From Eledone cirrhosa (lineage: Eukaryota): 64,000 bases of DNA. The stretch is taken from contig OZ024745.1 in NCBI GenBank assembly GCA_964016885.1, positions 28,582,001 through 28,646,000 of the forward strand, written 5' to 3'. The position numbers were made by a program, and so were the translations under genes. The notes beneath the pieces are model-generated. The model did not search any database, was not told the origin of the DNA, and saw only the letters and a list, made by a program, of their open reading frames with translations. Positions 30,038 to 43,920 of the stretch are shown in pieces. Positions within the stretch are counted from its first letter, which is position 1. Each line of letters opens with the position of its first letter.

Positions 30038-30203
30038 CAAAGGAAATGTGGTAAGGGACCAGATGGACCATAACGCACCAGAGTACTCAATACTTAGGGT
30101 AGTAGAGTGGGGAATAGGAAAAAGTATGCCGTTTCGACGGCTATTTCTGGACTCCAGAAATAGCCGTCGAAACGGCTTGAGCTCTGCCGTCGGGGTCATA
30201 CTT

Positions 30204-30208
<5 letters not shown>
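30034..30208. mobile_element. Family C insert: inverted 3' tail, 23-bp-arm hairpin and 3' half of a hammerhead
   Basis: CCGTTTCGACGGCTATTTCTGGA c TCCAGAAATAGCCGTCGAAACGG; GAAA-CGGC..GCCG-UC; GAAAAAGTATG/CATACTTTTTC; relative at ~17900-17975. Confidence 0.75.
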
Positions 30209-30250
<42 letters not shown>

Positions 30251-30346
30251 TTTATTAAAATAACAGATTAAAGTTTAAGCAAAGAATCGCTGCTTTAACT
30301 CTTAACGGGATCTTAGGATTTTAGTCTTCACAATTATTATTATTAC

Positions 30347-30388
<42 letters not shown>

Positions 30389-30406
30389 ATATATATATAT
30401 ATATAT

Positions 30407-31012
30407 GTCAGGTCACCAGTTGGTGCTACTGGAAACATGTATCCCAGTACAACCTGTCTCATGGTCGGGTCGCTGGCGACTAAACTGGCAACTCCACCAA
30501 GGTTTCTTGGTGAGGAGGGTGACTTTGGACATCCTTCAGGACTAAAAACAAAACCTGTCAAAGGGCAAAGGAGCTCTTAAGAGTCAATGGCCATCCACAA
30601 TCACCGGGAGAGATGACCCCTTAGCCTTTGTCAAGGCAGAATTCTAGGAGAAGGAAAACTCTGATATAACACCTGTAACCCTGATGGTATCCAATGATGT
30701 TGACTTATTCTTCTTTTTGGTAAATATCATCTTGGTTAAAAGAGTGGGACTGGCTTTGTGCAGTGCCTTTGCACACTATAAAAGCTTCACGGCACAGGCA
30801 TTGATTTATATCTGGAGATCTCTCTGGACTTGTCATCACATGGTACCATGGGCCCAGCACTATGTGTCAGTAATTGTCACAAGTGTAGTGTTTGTAGCAG
30901 AGTTTTCAAGTCGCTGGCTGGACTAAAAAGTCACACTCGTTCAGCGCATCGGTAGGGGTTCTCCTACATGGATATAAAGTAGTGGCCGTACTCGAAAACG
31001 AGTTGGCAGCCA

Positions 31013-31016
<4 letters not shown>
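30407..31016 (+). mobile_element. Bipartite non-autonomous RTE-derived element (5' UTR-like part plus 3' end)
   Basis: CTAGGAGAAGGAAAACTCTGA RTE-5'UTR-like motif; terminal C2H2 remnant CSVCSRVFKSLAGLKSHTRSAHR* at 30884-30955; microsatellite tail. Confidence 0.75.
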
Positions 31017-31073
<57 letters not shown>

Positions 31074-31087
31074 GGTATTGGAGAGTC

Positions 31088-31286
31088 GGCTGACCAAGAT
31101 ACTCTCATGGAATGACCAAATGAGGTTTATTTTTCAACATAGTCCCTAAAAAGAAACAATGTAGTTATTAATAAGAAGAGTTGAAATTAATGAATGCAAG
31201 ATTTCACAGCTCTAGCATCAAACTTTCATAGTTAGCCAATGAACTTTTCAGCCGATCCACGTATATGAAATGCTTGTGTACAATAA
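31088..31286 (-). mobile_element. Mariner-like MITE fragment with flank (inverted homologue of 27428-27628)
   Basis: Alignment by eye. Confidence 0.65.
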
Positions 31287-31824
31287 ACATATAAGCTTTA
31301 GGCTTATTCTTGTCTCGGTACCAAGTGAGTTGAATTCACCAATAACGGATAAACACGTGTCAGACATTCATATACGGCTTCTGAAATGGTTGTGATATGA
31401 TCACAGCTTGAAATATTTATAGCGAGACTTCTCACCTTCACATACACTCCTATTATATATGGATGTATATACATATATGTATATATATATATAGAGAGAG
31501 AGAGAGAGGGGGGCGGGGAGATGTGTATATGTGTATAAGCACGCATATTTTATGTACGTGTCTATGTTTTCGTGTGTATATGCATTTATAAGTATATACT
31601 AAATATACACTCATATTCTCATATGCACATAAATATGTGTGCACACGTATCTGTATTTATATTTATGTGTCTATACATGTGTATATGTGTATGTGTGTAT
31701 ATGTACATATGCGCCCAAACGTATATATATATATATATATGTGTATATAATATATATATATATTTATATTTATGTGTGTGTGGTGTACAATAAATGTGGT
31801 AAACAGCTACTCGCACTGGGGCCA

Positions 31825-32170
31825 TGGTGGCGATGTGATGGTGGTGTAGTGGTGGTGGTGGTGATGTGATGGTGGTGGTGGCGATGTGATGGTGGTGTAG
31901 TGGTGGTGGTGGCGATGTGATGGTGGTGTAGTGGTGGTGGTGGCGATGTGATGGTGGTGGTGGCGATGTGATGGTGGTGGTGATGTAGTGGTGGTGGTGG
32001 TGATGTGATGGTGGTGGTGGCGATGTGATGGTGGTGTAGTGGTGGTGGTGGTGGCGATGTGATGGTGGTGGTGGCGATGTGATGGTGGTGGTGATGTAGT
32101 GGTGGTGGTGGTGATGTGATGGTGGTGGTGGCGATGTGATGGTGGTGGTGATGTAGTGGTGATGGTGGTG
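31825..32170. repeat. GTG/GAT-based minisatellite
   Basis: Direct. Confidence 0.9.
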
Positions 32171-32471
32171 GAGCGGCGGGGTAATGGAGGCAGAGGGTTG
32201 GGGGAGTTGAAGAGTAAAGCTATCTTTTCATGTTGTTATTCTTAACGTCTAACTCCTCCTGCTACTCCTCCACCTCCTCCTATTCCCACCCTTCCCTGTC
32301 CTTTATACCCAACACCCTCTCCTTCCCGTTACTGACTTATTCCCCTTTCCTTTACACACCCCACACCACCTCACATCCACTACTGTCGGCAAACTTCAAA
32401 GAAACCACTGCCATTTCTCTTTCTTTTTCTGTCTCTCTCTTTCCCTTCCTACCACGTTGTCTGTTTTTCTC

Positions 32472-32832
32472 ACACTACTACCACTACTGTTACTGCTACC
32501 ACTACTACTACCACAGCCACTGATACTACTACCACTACTGATACTACTACCACCACTACCACTACTACTACCACAGCCACTGATACTACTACCACTACTG
32601 TTACTGATACTACTACCACCACTACTACTACTACCACTACTGTTACTGCTACCACTACTACTACTACAGCCACTGATACTACTACCACTACTGTTACTGC
32701 TACTACTACTACCACCACTAATACTACCACTACTGTTACTGCTACTACCACCACCACCACTACAGCCACTGATACTACTACTACTATCATCAGTACTACT
32801 GCTACTACTACTACTACTACTACCAACACTAC
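32472..32832. repeat. (CTA/CCA)n degenerate array
   Basis: Direct. Confidence 0.9.
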
Positions 32833-33209
32833 AACAAATTAGGTGTCCTGACTTTCGCTGTTCATTCACAAATACACACATGCATACACATATCTATACA
32901 CATACACACGCACGGATATACATACACATACACATACACATACACATATGTATACACATACACACGCACGGATACACATACACATACACATACACATATG
33001 TATACACATACACACGCACGGATACACATACACATACACATACACATATGTATACACATACACAAATCCGTATATATTGTATAGATATATAAAATTGTTT
33101 GTGTAATATATAAATATTCATATATATATTTACCTACATATATATGAATATATATATATATATATATATGTATGAATATAAATATACCGATAGATACACG
33201 CACAAACAG

Positions 33210-33370
<161 letters not shown>

Positions 33371-33658
33371 ATATACACACACACAGACATATATATATAT
33401 ATATATAAATGAAAGGTATAAAAATATATATATATATATGTGTGTATATGTGTGTGTGCGTGTATATATATAGATATGTGTGTATATGTGTGTGTGTGTG
33501 CGTGTATATATATATATATATATATATACATACATATATATATATATATATGGAAGTGTGTATAGAAGAGATGAGATCAAAGGAAAGCAGTCAAAAAGAG
33601 AGGAATGGGGAGAGCGAATTATATAGGAACACACATACACACTGGAGGGGCGTGTATA

Positions 33659-33689
<31 letters not shown>

Positions 33690-34462
33690 TGTGTGTGTGG
33701 ATAGTCTCTTTTTTCTCTTTCTTTATATATATATATATATATGTGTGTGTCTATATATGTCTATATGTGTGTGTGTGTGTGTTTAGATTGTGAGATAGAG
33801 AGAAAAAGAGAAGGGTGAATAGAGAGACACATACACAACTGTTTAGACTCCAGACACTAAGGTTTCCTTCTCTCTCTTCACTCTTATTCTACCTTACTCT
33901 TTTTCACAACTTCTCTCTTTATAACACTACACACCACTCTCATTCTCTCTCCCACTCTTCCTCTCTCTTACTGTATTACTAATCTGTCACTTACTCTCTC
34001 TATTACTACGCAGCACCTCTCGTTTTGTATTACAACGCCGTCACATACTCTTTCTTTTACTGCACAACACTCACCCTCTCTCTGCCACTACGCCAGCCTC
34101 TCACTTCTTCTCACTTTATATGTCGTTCATTCACTCTGTTAGTCTCTTACTCTGTCAGTTACTTACTCACTCTCTTACTCTTTCACTCCTTAACTAACTC
34201 CCTTACTCTGTTAGTTTCTTACTCGCTATTTCTCATTCGCTCACTAATTCTCTTACTAACTCCCTCCCTCTGTATCTCCTCAGTTCACTGTGTTGTGTGA
34301 TTCTCCGTTACACAGCAGATTGTCTGTGGCAGTCGACGGGAATGGAGCTACCGCAATGGACTATTCTATCACAACGGATATCTTCTATATAACAACAACA
34401 ACAACCACTACCATCATATAGTCCTTATCACCACGCTCTACCATCGATACAGTCTGGGCACT

Positions 34463-36241
34463 ATGATGAATTGGTCGTGCTTTTTATTCGTGGCCCTGTC
34501 TGTGGTGGTAGGCCTGGGTGTAGTGACGGCCTTTACATCAACGTCTGACCGCCAACACGAGCGATGTGAACGTATTGCCATCCCTATGTGTATGAACATG
34601 AGGTACAACATGACGAAGATGCCTAACTTATTGGGGCATACTAACCAGAAAGATGCGGCCATACAGGTGCACGAGTTCCTACCCCTTGTTCAACTGGGTT
34701 GTTCCAAGTTACTACGATTCTTCCTCTGTTCTTTCTACGCCCCGATGTGTACAGAGATGGTCAACGCCGTGTTGGTGGTGTCCGCATGTAGATCCATGTG
34801 TCTGGAGGTGAAATCTAAGTGTGAACCTGTCCTTAAAAATCTAATGTTTCCCTGGCCAGAATCGCTTGACTGTCAACAACTCCCTGAGCACTCCAATAAG
34901 AAACGTCTGTGTATGGAGGCCCCGAATGTCACAGATGAACCAGATATGCAACCAGAAACCATAAATGCTGAATGGTGGAACATTGTCCAGTCTTTTAAAG
35001 AGAAAACCAAAGATGGCAACCACAGGAGATTACCTTATGGACGTTACGGTGGACACAACCATCATGACATGGCTTCTACACGTTCTTTATGTCCGGACAG
35101 ATTTGTCTATGTTGACAAACACGGAGGTCTTAATTATTCTTGTGCTCCACGGTGCGATATTGATGTTTACTTCAAACAAGAAGATAAAAGATTCGCCAAA
35201 ATTTGGCTACTAGTTTGGGCAACTTTCTGTTGTATTTCAACCACAATAACTGTCCTCACCTTTGCAATAGACACTTCACGGTTTAAATATCCCGAAAGAC
35301 CTATTATATTCCTGTCAATGTGTTATGCTGTCTACTCTGGAGCTTACATGATCCGAGGCATTACAGGACCTAATTCTATATCGTGTGACCGCCTCCCGAA
35401 CGGCACGGAGTTCTTAATACAAGAAGGACTGGAGAGCACTTGGTGTATTATAGTATTTTTAATACTTTACTACTTCGGCATGGCCAGTGCTATTTGGTGG
35501 GTGATACTCACCCTCACATGGTACCTGGCTGCAGGACGTAAATGGGTACAAGAAGCTATTGAATCACTCAGTAGTTATTTCCATGTGGCCGCCTGGGCAA
35601 TTCCGGCCGTGAAAACTATTATAATTCTTACAATGCGTCGGGTTGATGGAGACGAATTAACGGGTCTCTGTTTTGTAGGTAACCAAGACATCGTTGCCCT
35701 CACAGGGTTTGTTATCACACCTTTAGTTATATATCTTATCGTTGGAACAATTTTTATATTTGCTGGTTTCTTTGCTATGTTTAAAATCCGCCGGAATTTA
35801 AAACAAGACGGTACAAACATTCGCAAACTTGAGAAACTTATGGCAAAAATTGGAATATTTTCCGTATTGTACACACTACCGGCGACATGTGTTATTGGAT
35901 GTTATTTTTACGAACGGATTAACTTCAACAATTGGAAGACAGAAGCAATGCGCCGCCGATGCCGGAGTACACGGAATGGCCAGGAGGATTGCTCTCTGTC
36001 ACAATCTATACCAACTATCGAAGTATACATGTTGAAAATCTTCATGTCTTTAATCGTTGGAATTACCAGTGGAATGTGGGTTTGGAGTTATAAGACATTC
36101 AATTCATGGAAGCAGTTCTTTTCCAGCCGTTTTTCACGTCGGAAACATATTTATCACGGAAATTACCACCAAGCACCTGTTTGTCTTATGAAGACACGGG
36201 GTCAAAAAGTTATCCCCAAAAACGTGGGAACGAGAGTATGA
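34463..36241 (+). CDS. fzd9/10: Frizzled-9/10-class Wnt receptor, coding sequence in a single exon, 592 aa
   Basis: Signal peptide; CRD CERIAIPMC..YNMTKMPNLLGHTNQKDAAIQVHEF; 7 TM with RFKYPERPIIFLSMCY and IQEGLEST; KTxxxW motif (KTFNSW); C-terminal PDZ-type T-R-V. Confidence 0.96.
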   Translation: MMNWSCFLFVALSVVVGLGVVTAFTSTSDRQHERCERIAIPMCMNMRYNMTKMPNLLGHTNQKDAAIQVHEFLPLVQLGCSKLLRFFLCSFYAPMCTEMVNAVLVVSACRSMCLEVKSKCEPVLKNLMFPWPESLDCQQLPEHSNKKRLCMEAPNVTDEPDMQPETINAEWWNIVQSFKEKTKDGNHRRLPYGRYGGHNHHDMASTRSLCPDRFVYVDKHGGLNYSCAPRCDIDVYFKQEDKRFAKIWLLVWATFCCISTTITVLTFAIDTSRFKYPERPIIFLSMCYAVYSGAYMIRGITGPNSISCDRLPNGTEFLIQEGLESTWCIIVFLILYYFGMASAIWWVILTLTWYLAAGRKWVQEAIESLSSYFHVAAWAIPAVKTIIILTMRRVDGDELTGLCFVGNQDIVALTGFVITPLVIYLIVGTIFIFAGFFAMFKIRRNLKQDGTNIRKLEKLMAKIGIFSVLYTLPATCVIGCYFYERINFNNWKTEAMRRRCRSTRNGQEDCSLSQSIPTIEVYMLKIFMSLIVGITSGMWVWSYKTFNSWKQFFSSRFSRRKHIYHGNYHQAPVCLMKTRGQKVIPKNVGTRV

Positions 36242-36602
36242 AAACAAAAAAATATATATATTGATTTCTAGTCTAATTCGATTTTATATTGATTTTTTAA
36301 AAATATTGTTTGTTTTTTTGTATCTATTGCTAAACAACACAAACAGAAAAAAATGTTTAAAATTTATTTTATTTTTCTAAAATACATGAAAAAAAAAAAC
36401 TATTTTATTACAGTTTGCCAACTTCCAGTTCTGTTGTTCAATATATTATTATTATTATTATTATTATTCACGAGTCATTCAGTTACAGTCTTTTATGTTC
36501 TGAGTTCAAATCCCACCGAAGTTAGCTTTGCTTTTCATCCTTACAGGGTCGATAAAATAAAGTACCAGTAATGCACTGGGGTTGATTTAATCGAACCCCC
36601 CC

Positions 36603-36634
<32 letters not shown>

Positions 36635-37166
36635 ATTATTGGCTTTGTGCCTAAATCAGAAACCATTATTAAATCCCACCGAGGTTAATTTTGCCTTCTA
36701 TCCCTATGGGGTCGATAAAATAAAGTACCAGTAATGCATTGGTGTCGATTTAATCGACTGTCCTTTCCTTTTAAATTGCTGGCCTTGTGCCAAAAGTTGA
36801 AAGAATTATTAGTATTAGTATATGGTTTCTGATTTAGGCACAAGGCCAGCAAAAATTTAAAGGGATGTGGAAAGTGGATTGAATCGATCCAGTATGTTAC
36901 TGGTACTTCATTTTATCGACCCCCCATAAGGATAAAAGGCAAAACTAACCTCGGTGGGATTTGAACTCAGAACGTAAGGGTCGTTCTGAATTCAATTCCC
37001 GCCGAGGCAACTTTGCCACCATCCCTCCTAGGTCGATAAACTAAAGTGCCAGTGAATTACTGGAGTTGTTTAATCGATTTTTCCCCTTCCCTTGAAATTA
37101 TTGGCCTTGTGTCAATTGTAGTGACAATTATTATTATTGTTTGTTTTGACACACACACACACACAT

Positions 37167-37229
<63 letters not shown>

Positions 37230-37379
37230 AGGTATCGCCCAAAATGTATATACACTTCAACAGCTTTCTAATAAAAGTGTATATATTTTAGGGGACATAT
37301 AATTATTTTGATTTTTAAAAGATAAAAACTATCGTAGTAGTAGTGAGAAGAGTGTTTACTATGTTTACTTTCACATGTA

Positions 37380-37694
37380 CATCAATATATATATATGTGT
37401 GTATATATATATATATGTCTGTGTGTGTGTATATATATATATATGTGTCTGTGTGTGTATATATATATATATGTATGTCTGTGTGTGTATATATATATAT
37501 ATATATGTGTATATATATATATATGTCTGTGTGTATATATATATATGTATGTCTGTGTGTGTATATATATATATGTGTTCTGTATATATATGTATATATA
37601 TATACATACATATATATATATATACATATATAATATATATATACATATATATAATATATATATATAAAATTTCAGGTTATCATATATATATATA

Positions 37695-37735
<41 letters not shown>

Positions 37736-38032
37736 ATATATATATATGTGTGTATATATATATATGTGTGTATATATATATGTGTGTGTGTATATATATA
37801 TGTGTGTATATATATGTGTGTGTATATATATATATATGTCTATATATATATGTCTATATATATATATATATATGTCTATATATATATGTCTGTATATATA
37901 TATATGTCTATATATATATATATATGTCTGTGTATATATATATATATATGTCTGTATATATATATGTCTGTGTATATATATATATATATGTGTGTGTGTG
38001 TATATATATATATATGTGTGTATATATATATA

Positions 38033-38071
<39 letters not shown>

Positions 38072-38076
38072 GTGTA

Positions 38077-38125
<49 letters not shown>

Positions 38126-38140
38126 ATATATATATATACA
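37380..38140. repeat. (TA)n/(TG)n composite microsatellite
   Basis: Direct. Confidence 0.93.
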
Positions 38141-38799
38141 GTATATAGACCTAACAAACTCGTGAACCTGATATACATTCATATATACACAACTGACATA
38201 AGTTAACTTTGTTGGTCATATTCAAACATTCTTTAAAAACTTTTTATAAACTATAAATACAACATATACACATGTATGAATACATCTATACACACACATA
38301 TATATATATAGGTGTAAAGTGTGTAGATAGTAGTGATGTTTAATCGCGATACTTCACTTAATCACACACACACACACACACACATATATATCCCTTCCAT
38401 TTACTGTACCGGTTGTGTTGTTATTTCTGTTTACCTTTTATATATATATATATATAATGTGTGTGTGTGCGTGTGTATTTCTACACACATACAAATATAT
38501 AAATGCACTCATATATTAACACATTTTTATATTACTGAAACAAACGTACATAGAAACCTGTGAAATTATATATATATATATATATATATATACATGTTTA
38601 TAGACATATCTCTACGCACAAACATATATATATATATATATGTTTACATATATATATGTGTTTAAAAAAATATATACATAGCGGCTGTATGTTTATATAT
38701 AAAATGTTTATACTGCTATATATAAACACCCATTATGTGTATGTACGTGTATATGTACGCGTGTGGTGAAAAGATATATCAGGTAAGCATTTTACTCTC

Positions 38800-39300
38800 A
38801 CACACACCACACTCTTATACACACATGCACCATCACACATACACACACACACTCTTCCATACTAATATACATATGCACCATCACACATACACACACACAC
38901 TCTTCCATACTAATATACATATGCACCATCACACATACACACACACACTCTTCCATACTAATATACATATGCACCATCACACATACACACACACACTCTT
39001 CCATACTAATATACATATGCACCATCACACATACACACTCTTCCATACTAATATACATATGCACCATCTCACATACACACACACTCTCTTCCATACTAAT
39101 ACACATATGCACCATCTCACATACACACACACTCTCTTCCATACAAAGACACATATGCACCATCTCACATACACACACACTCTTCCATACTTATACACAC
39201 GTGCACCATCACACACACACTCTTTCATACTTATACACCATCACACATACACACGCTCTTCCATACTTATACACACATGCACCATCGCACATACACACAC
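38800..39300. repeat. ~48-bp minisatellite (CTTCCATACTAATATACATATGCACCATCACACATAC..)
   Basis: About 10 degenerate copies. Confidence 0.88.
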
Positions 39301-40641
39301 TCTATATATATATACTCGTGCATTCACTTATGATTTAAAATACCAGTAATGCACTGGGTCATTGCTGGCCTTGGGCCACACGTAGAAACAATTATATGTA
39401 TATATGTGTGCTTTATATATATGTATATAAATATACGTTTATATAAATAAACGTATATTTATACACACACACACTCAGACATATTCATAAACGTACACAC
39501 TCCTGCACATACATGTTTATACACAGCCTCACCGACCCACACCACCACACATGTGGCCTATTACTATGTGTGTATATGTATATATATATGTGTGTCTATG
39601 TGTACATACACACACGCACGTATAATATATACAGTTCCCAGCGCCGCACCACACATCTAACCTGGGTATAATATGTATATATATGTATATATATATAGAT
39701 GTATATGTACACACACACACATATATATATTTATATACACATATTTACATATACATACATACATGTGTGTGTGTGTGTGCACACATATACATCCACATAT
39801 GTATACACAACCCCCACCACCTCCCCACATCTGGCCTATGAATTAGTTCTTTGATGTTTAAGCCGAGATGTTTCAGCTAAAAAGTCAGCTTCTCAACCCT
39901 CCCTCCCTTTCTCTCCCCACCTTCCTTTCTCCTTTATTCCCCCCCCCCTCCTTCTAAGCTTAACTTTCTCTCTCTTCTTACTCTCTTTAATTCTACCTCT
40001 TTGTCTTTCTCCCTCTAAGCCTCGTTTTTTTTTTACTCTCTTTTATCTTATATTCTTTCACCATATTCTATTCCCCTCTAATCTCTCTGTCTCTCTTTTC
40101 CTCTTTCTACCTCTCGCCTTTCCTCTCTTTTATCTTTTACTCTCACTTTATTTAATCCCTCTCTAACTCTATATCTGTCTATCTTCCTCTTTTTAACCTC
40201 CCAATCATAGCTTTTTCTCTCTTTCTCTCTCTATATTTTATTTTTAACTGTCGATTTCTCCCTCTCTAACTATTTTATTCTCTCTATCTCTATTTTTCTC
40301 TCTTACTCTCTATGTCTTTCTTTAACCGTTGCTCTCTCTTTCTTTCTCTCTATAATTATCTTTCAACAATCACTCTTTCTCTTACACTCTCTATTCATAT
40401 CTGTCTAATCTCTCCCTCTGTCTCTACCTTTTACTCTCACTATTTCTCTCTCTCTCCCTCCCAATATATATATATATATATATTCACACATATGTATATG
40501 ATATGCGTGTATATAGCTTTATCTAATGTCTTTTTATCGATCTATCTCTATCTGTGCATCGATCTCTTTGATCTCCCCCCCCCCCCCCATGTGCGCGGCT
40601 TTATGTTTCTATTCAATAAATACACACACACATTTATATAT

Positions 40642-40682
<41 letters not shown>

Positions 40683-40782
40683 ATGTGTATGTGTGTGTGC
40701 GTGCGTACACATCCACAGTTCCTGTTTGCAATGAAAAGTTTTTTCAACAAAATCATTGAAAGATCAAACAATATCCTTATGA

Positions 40783-40811
40783 ACACCGCCAACAACAACA
40801 ATACCACTAAT

Positions 40812-40843
<32 letters not shown>

Positions 40844-42045
40844 CAATACTACCATCTCCACCACCACCACAACAACACTACCACCAACAACAATACTACC
40901 ACCACCACCAATACTACCATCTCTACCACCAACAACAACACTACCACTAATACTACCACCACCACCACCAACAACAATACTACCCTCACCACCGCCAATA
41001 ACAACGCAACCACCACCACCACCAACAACGTCACCACTATCAACAGCACTAGCACTAATACTACCAACAACACCACCACCACCACCACCACCAACACCAC
41101 CACCACCACCACCACTACCAACAACACCACCACCACTAACAACACCACCAGCACTATCAACACCACCAGCAGCACTATCAACAACACCACCACCACTACC
41201 AACAACACCACCACCACTACCAACAACACCACCACCACTAACAACACCACCAGCACTAACAACACCACCACCACTACCAACAACACCACCACCACCACTA
41301 TCAACAACACCACCACCAGCACTAACAACACCACCACCAACACCACCACCAACAACAACACCACCACCACCACTACCAACAACACCACCACCACTACCAA
41401 CAACACCACCACCACTAACAACACCACCACCAGCACTAACAACAACACCACCACCACCACTATCAACAACATCACCACCAGCACTAACAACACCACCAAC
41501 AACAACACCACCACCAACAACACCACCAACAACAACACCACCACCACCACCAGCACTAACAACAACACCACCACCACTAACAACAACACCACCGGCACTA
41601 ACAACAACACCACCACCACCACTATCAACACTAACACTACCAACAACAACACCACCACGACCAACAACACCACTACCAGCACTACTATCAACAACACTAC
41701 TACTACCCTCACCACTACCACTAACAATACCACCACCAACACTACTACTACTACTACCCTCACCACTACCACTAGCAACACCACCACCACAACTACCAAC
41801 AATACCGCCACCACTATGAACAACATTAACACAACTCTCGCCACTACCAACAATACCACCACCACCACCTACACTTACGCCACTGGCATTAACACAACAC
41901 TCTCCACTCACTACCACTACCACCAACACTACTACTACTACCCTCACCACTACCACGAACAATACCACCACCACCCCCACGAACAATAATACCACCACCA
42001 CTATGAACATTAACACAACCCTCACCACTACCAACACTTTTACCA
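40783..42045. repeat. (CAC/CAA/CTA)n degenerate trinucleotide array
   Basis: Direct. Confidence 0.93.
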
Positions 42046-42123
42046 TCGTGTTAACGAAGGAGGTTCTTGTTTAACATGTTAGAAATAGCAGTCAAGTCTT
42101 CTTTAAATCCTACATTCGATAAT

Positions 42124-42435
42124 GTAGCCCCTACATATCTGCTGGAATATCTTGATGATTGGTTTGCAGGGTCAGAGCTGACCATGGGCTAAACAATAAC
42201 AGTAGCCCCTACATATCTGCTGGAATATCTTGATGATTGGTTTGCAGGGTCAGAGCTGACCATGGGCTAAACAATAACAGTAGCCCCTACATATCTGCTG
42301 GAATATCTTGATGATTGGTTTGCAGGGTCAGAGCTGACCATGGGCTAAACAATAACAGTAGCCCCTACATATCTGCTGGAATATCTTGATGATTGGTTTG
42401 CAGGGTCAGAGCTGACCATGGGCTAAACAATAACA
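42124..42435. repeat. 78-bp tandem repeat x4, apparently identical
   Basis: Units start at 42124, 42202, 42280 and 42358. Confidence 0.93.
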
Positions 42436-42938
42436 ACACGGTTTTATTATATTCGTCGCTCATCGAGCGGTATCCTTTAATGTTTAGGTTCAATAGACGG
42501 GGATGGCGGGTGGCTGTGGGATGGATGGAGTAAATGGGTGCATGTGTATATGTGTGAAGGCGTGTGGCTTAGTGGTTAGAATGTTCAGTTCAGGATCTAA
42601 AGTTTCACGGCAGAGTGTTATGTCCTTGAACAAGATACTTTATTTCATGTTGTTTCGGTTCATTCAATTGGCAAAAATGAGTTGTACCCGTAATTTTAAA
42701 GTCGTCTGTCACGCTGAGTCTCACCGAGACCCGCATTAAGGGTACACGTGTCTGTGAAATACTTAACATCTCTTACACAATATAAATACAAGATAGACTG
42801 TACATGTGATTCAAAGGTCCAGCTTTGTCACATTGTCAGGCTGAATCTTCCTGAGAACTACGTTAGGAGTACACGTGCAGGTTGTACTCTGTTTATGAAA
42901 CACTCGTCGGAACCGACGGAGGAACAACACAAACACAC

Positions 42939-43017
<79 letters not shown>

Positions 43018-43888
43018 CGTGTGTAACTAATCTATGCGACAAGTGTGTTTGTACGATTGTGTGTGAGAGAAAGAGAGAAAAAGTGTCATTGAAGTCTTTG
43101 TTGCCATAGAAATATATTATATTATGAGGAGGTGTGGCGGGGGGTGCTTTATGGGTTTACAGAAGGGTGGTTGAGTTTTGTTATGTATTCTTTTACTGTT
43201 TTCAGTCAGTTGACTGCGGTCATGCTGGAGCACTGCCGTGAAACGATTTAGTAGATCATGTCGACACCAATACATATTTTTTTCTAGTCTGATATTTATT
43301 TTATCGATCTCTTGTCAAAAGGTTACGTTACGGGACATAAACGTGTGTAATGATACATACACACACACACACACACATTTATTTGAGTGTCGAGTGAGTT
43401 GAAATGCTTAGAAAATGTCGAAAATCTAGATTGCAAGAAATGACTGTGAACACAGCTTGGAAAATCGGATAAAATACCCCTATGGACGAGACAAAGTGGC
43501 TAGTAGCCACTACAGAGAATCGAACTGTACCACTCAGCAGGATTTTTCACTCTGTTCTGGTTATTTAACCAGATTTTCTAAACTATGTTCGTTGTCATTT
43601 CTCGCCTTCGATATATATGTATATATATGAAGGCGGCAAATTGGCAGAGTCATCAGAATGCTTTGCAGTATTCATTTCGGTCTCATATTGCACCGAGGTC
43701 GATAAAAAAAAAGTACCAGTCGAGTACTGGAATTGATTTTATTTTTTTTTTTTTCATAGCCTCTCTATTATCCTCTTTCCTTATTCTGAGAGAAATTGGC
43801 TGTATTCAGATATGGATAGATTTAAACAAAGTTCCCTACGACTCTACCATGGGTTACGAGTCCATACATGTATTTATGTGCGTGTATA

Positions 43889-43920
<32 letters not shown>

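Noticed and set aside
40634-42046. Pro/Thr-rich mucin-like and Gly/Val-rich ORFs
   Set aside because: Degenerate CAC/CAA array open in several frames, starting in microsatellite, with no domain or signal
42124-42435. Regular repeats resembling a CRISPR array
   Set aside because: Whole 78-bp units are identical with no unique spacers; eukaryotic context with no cas genes
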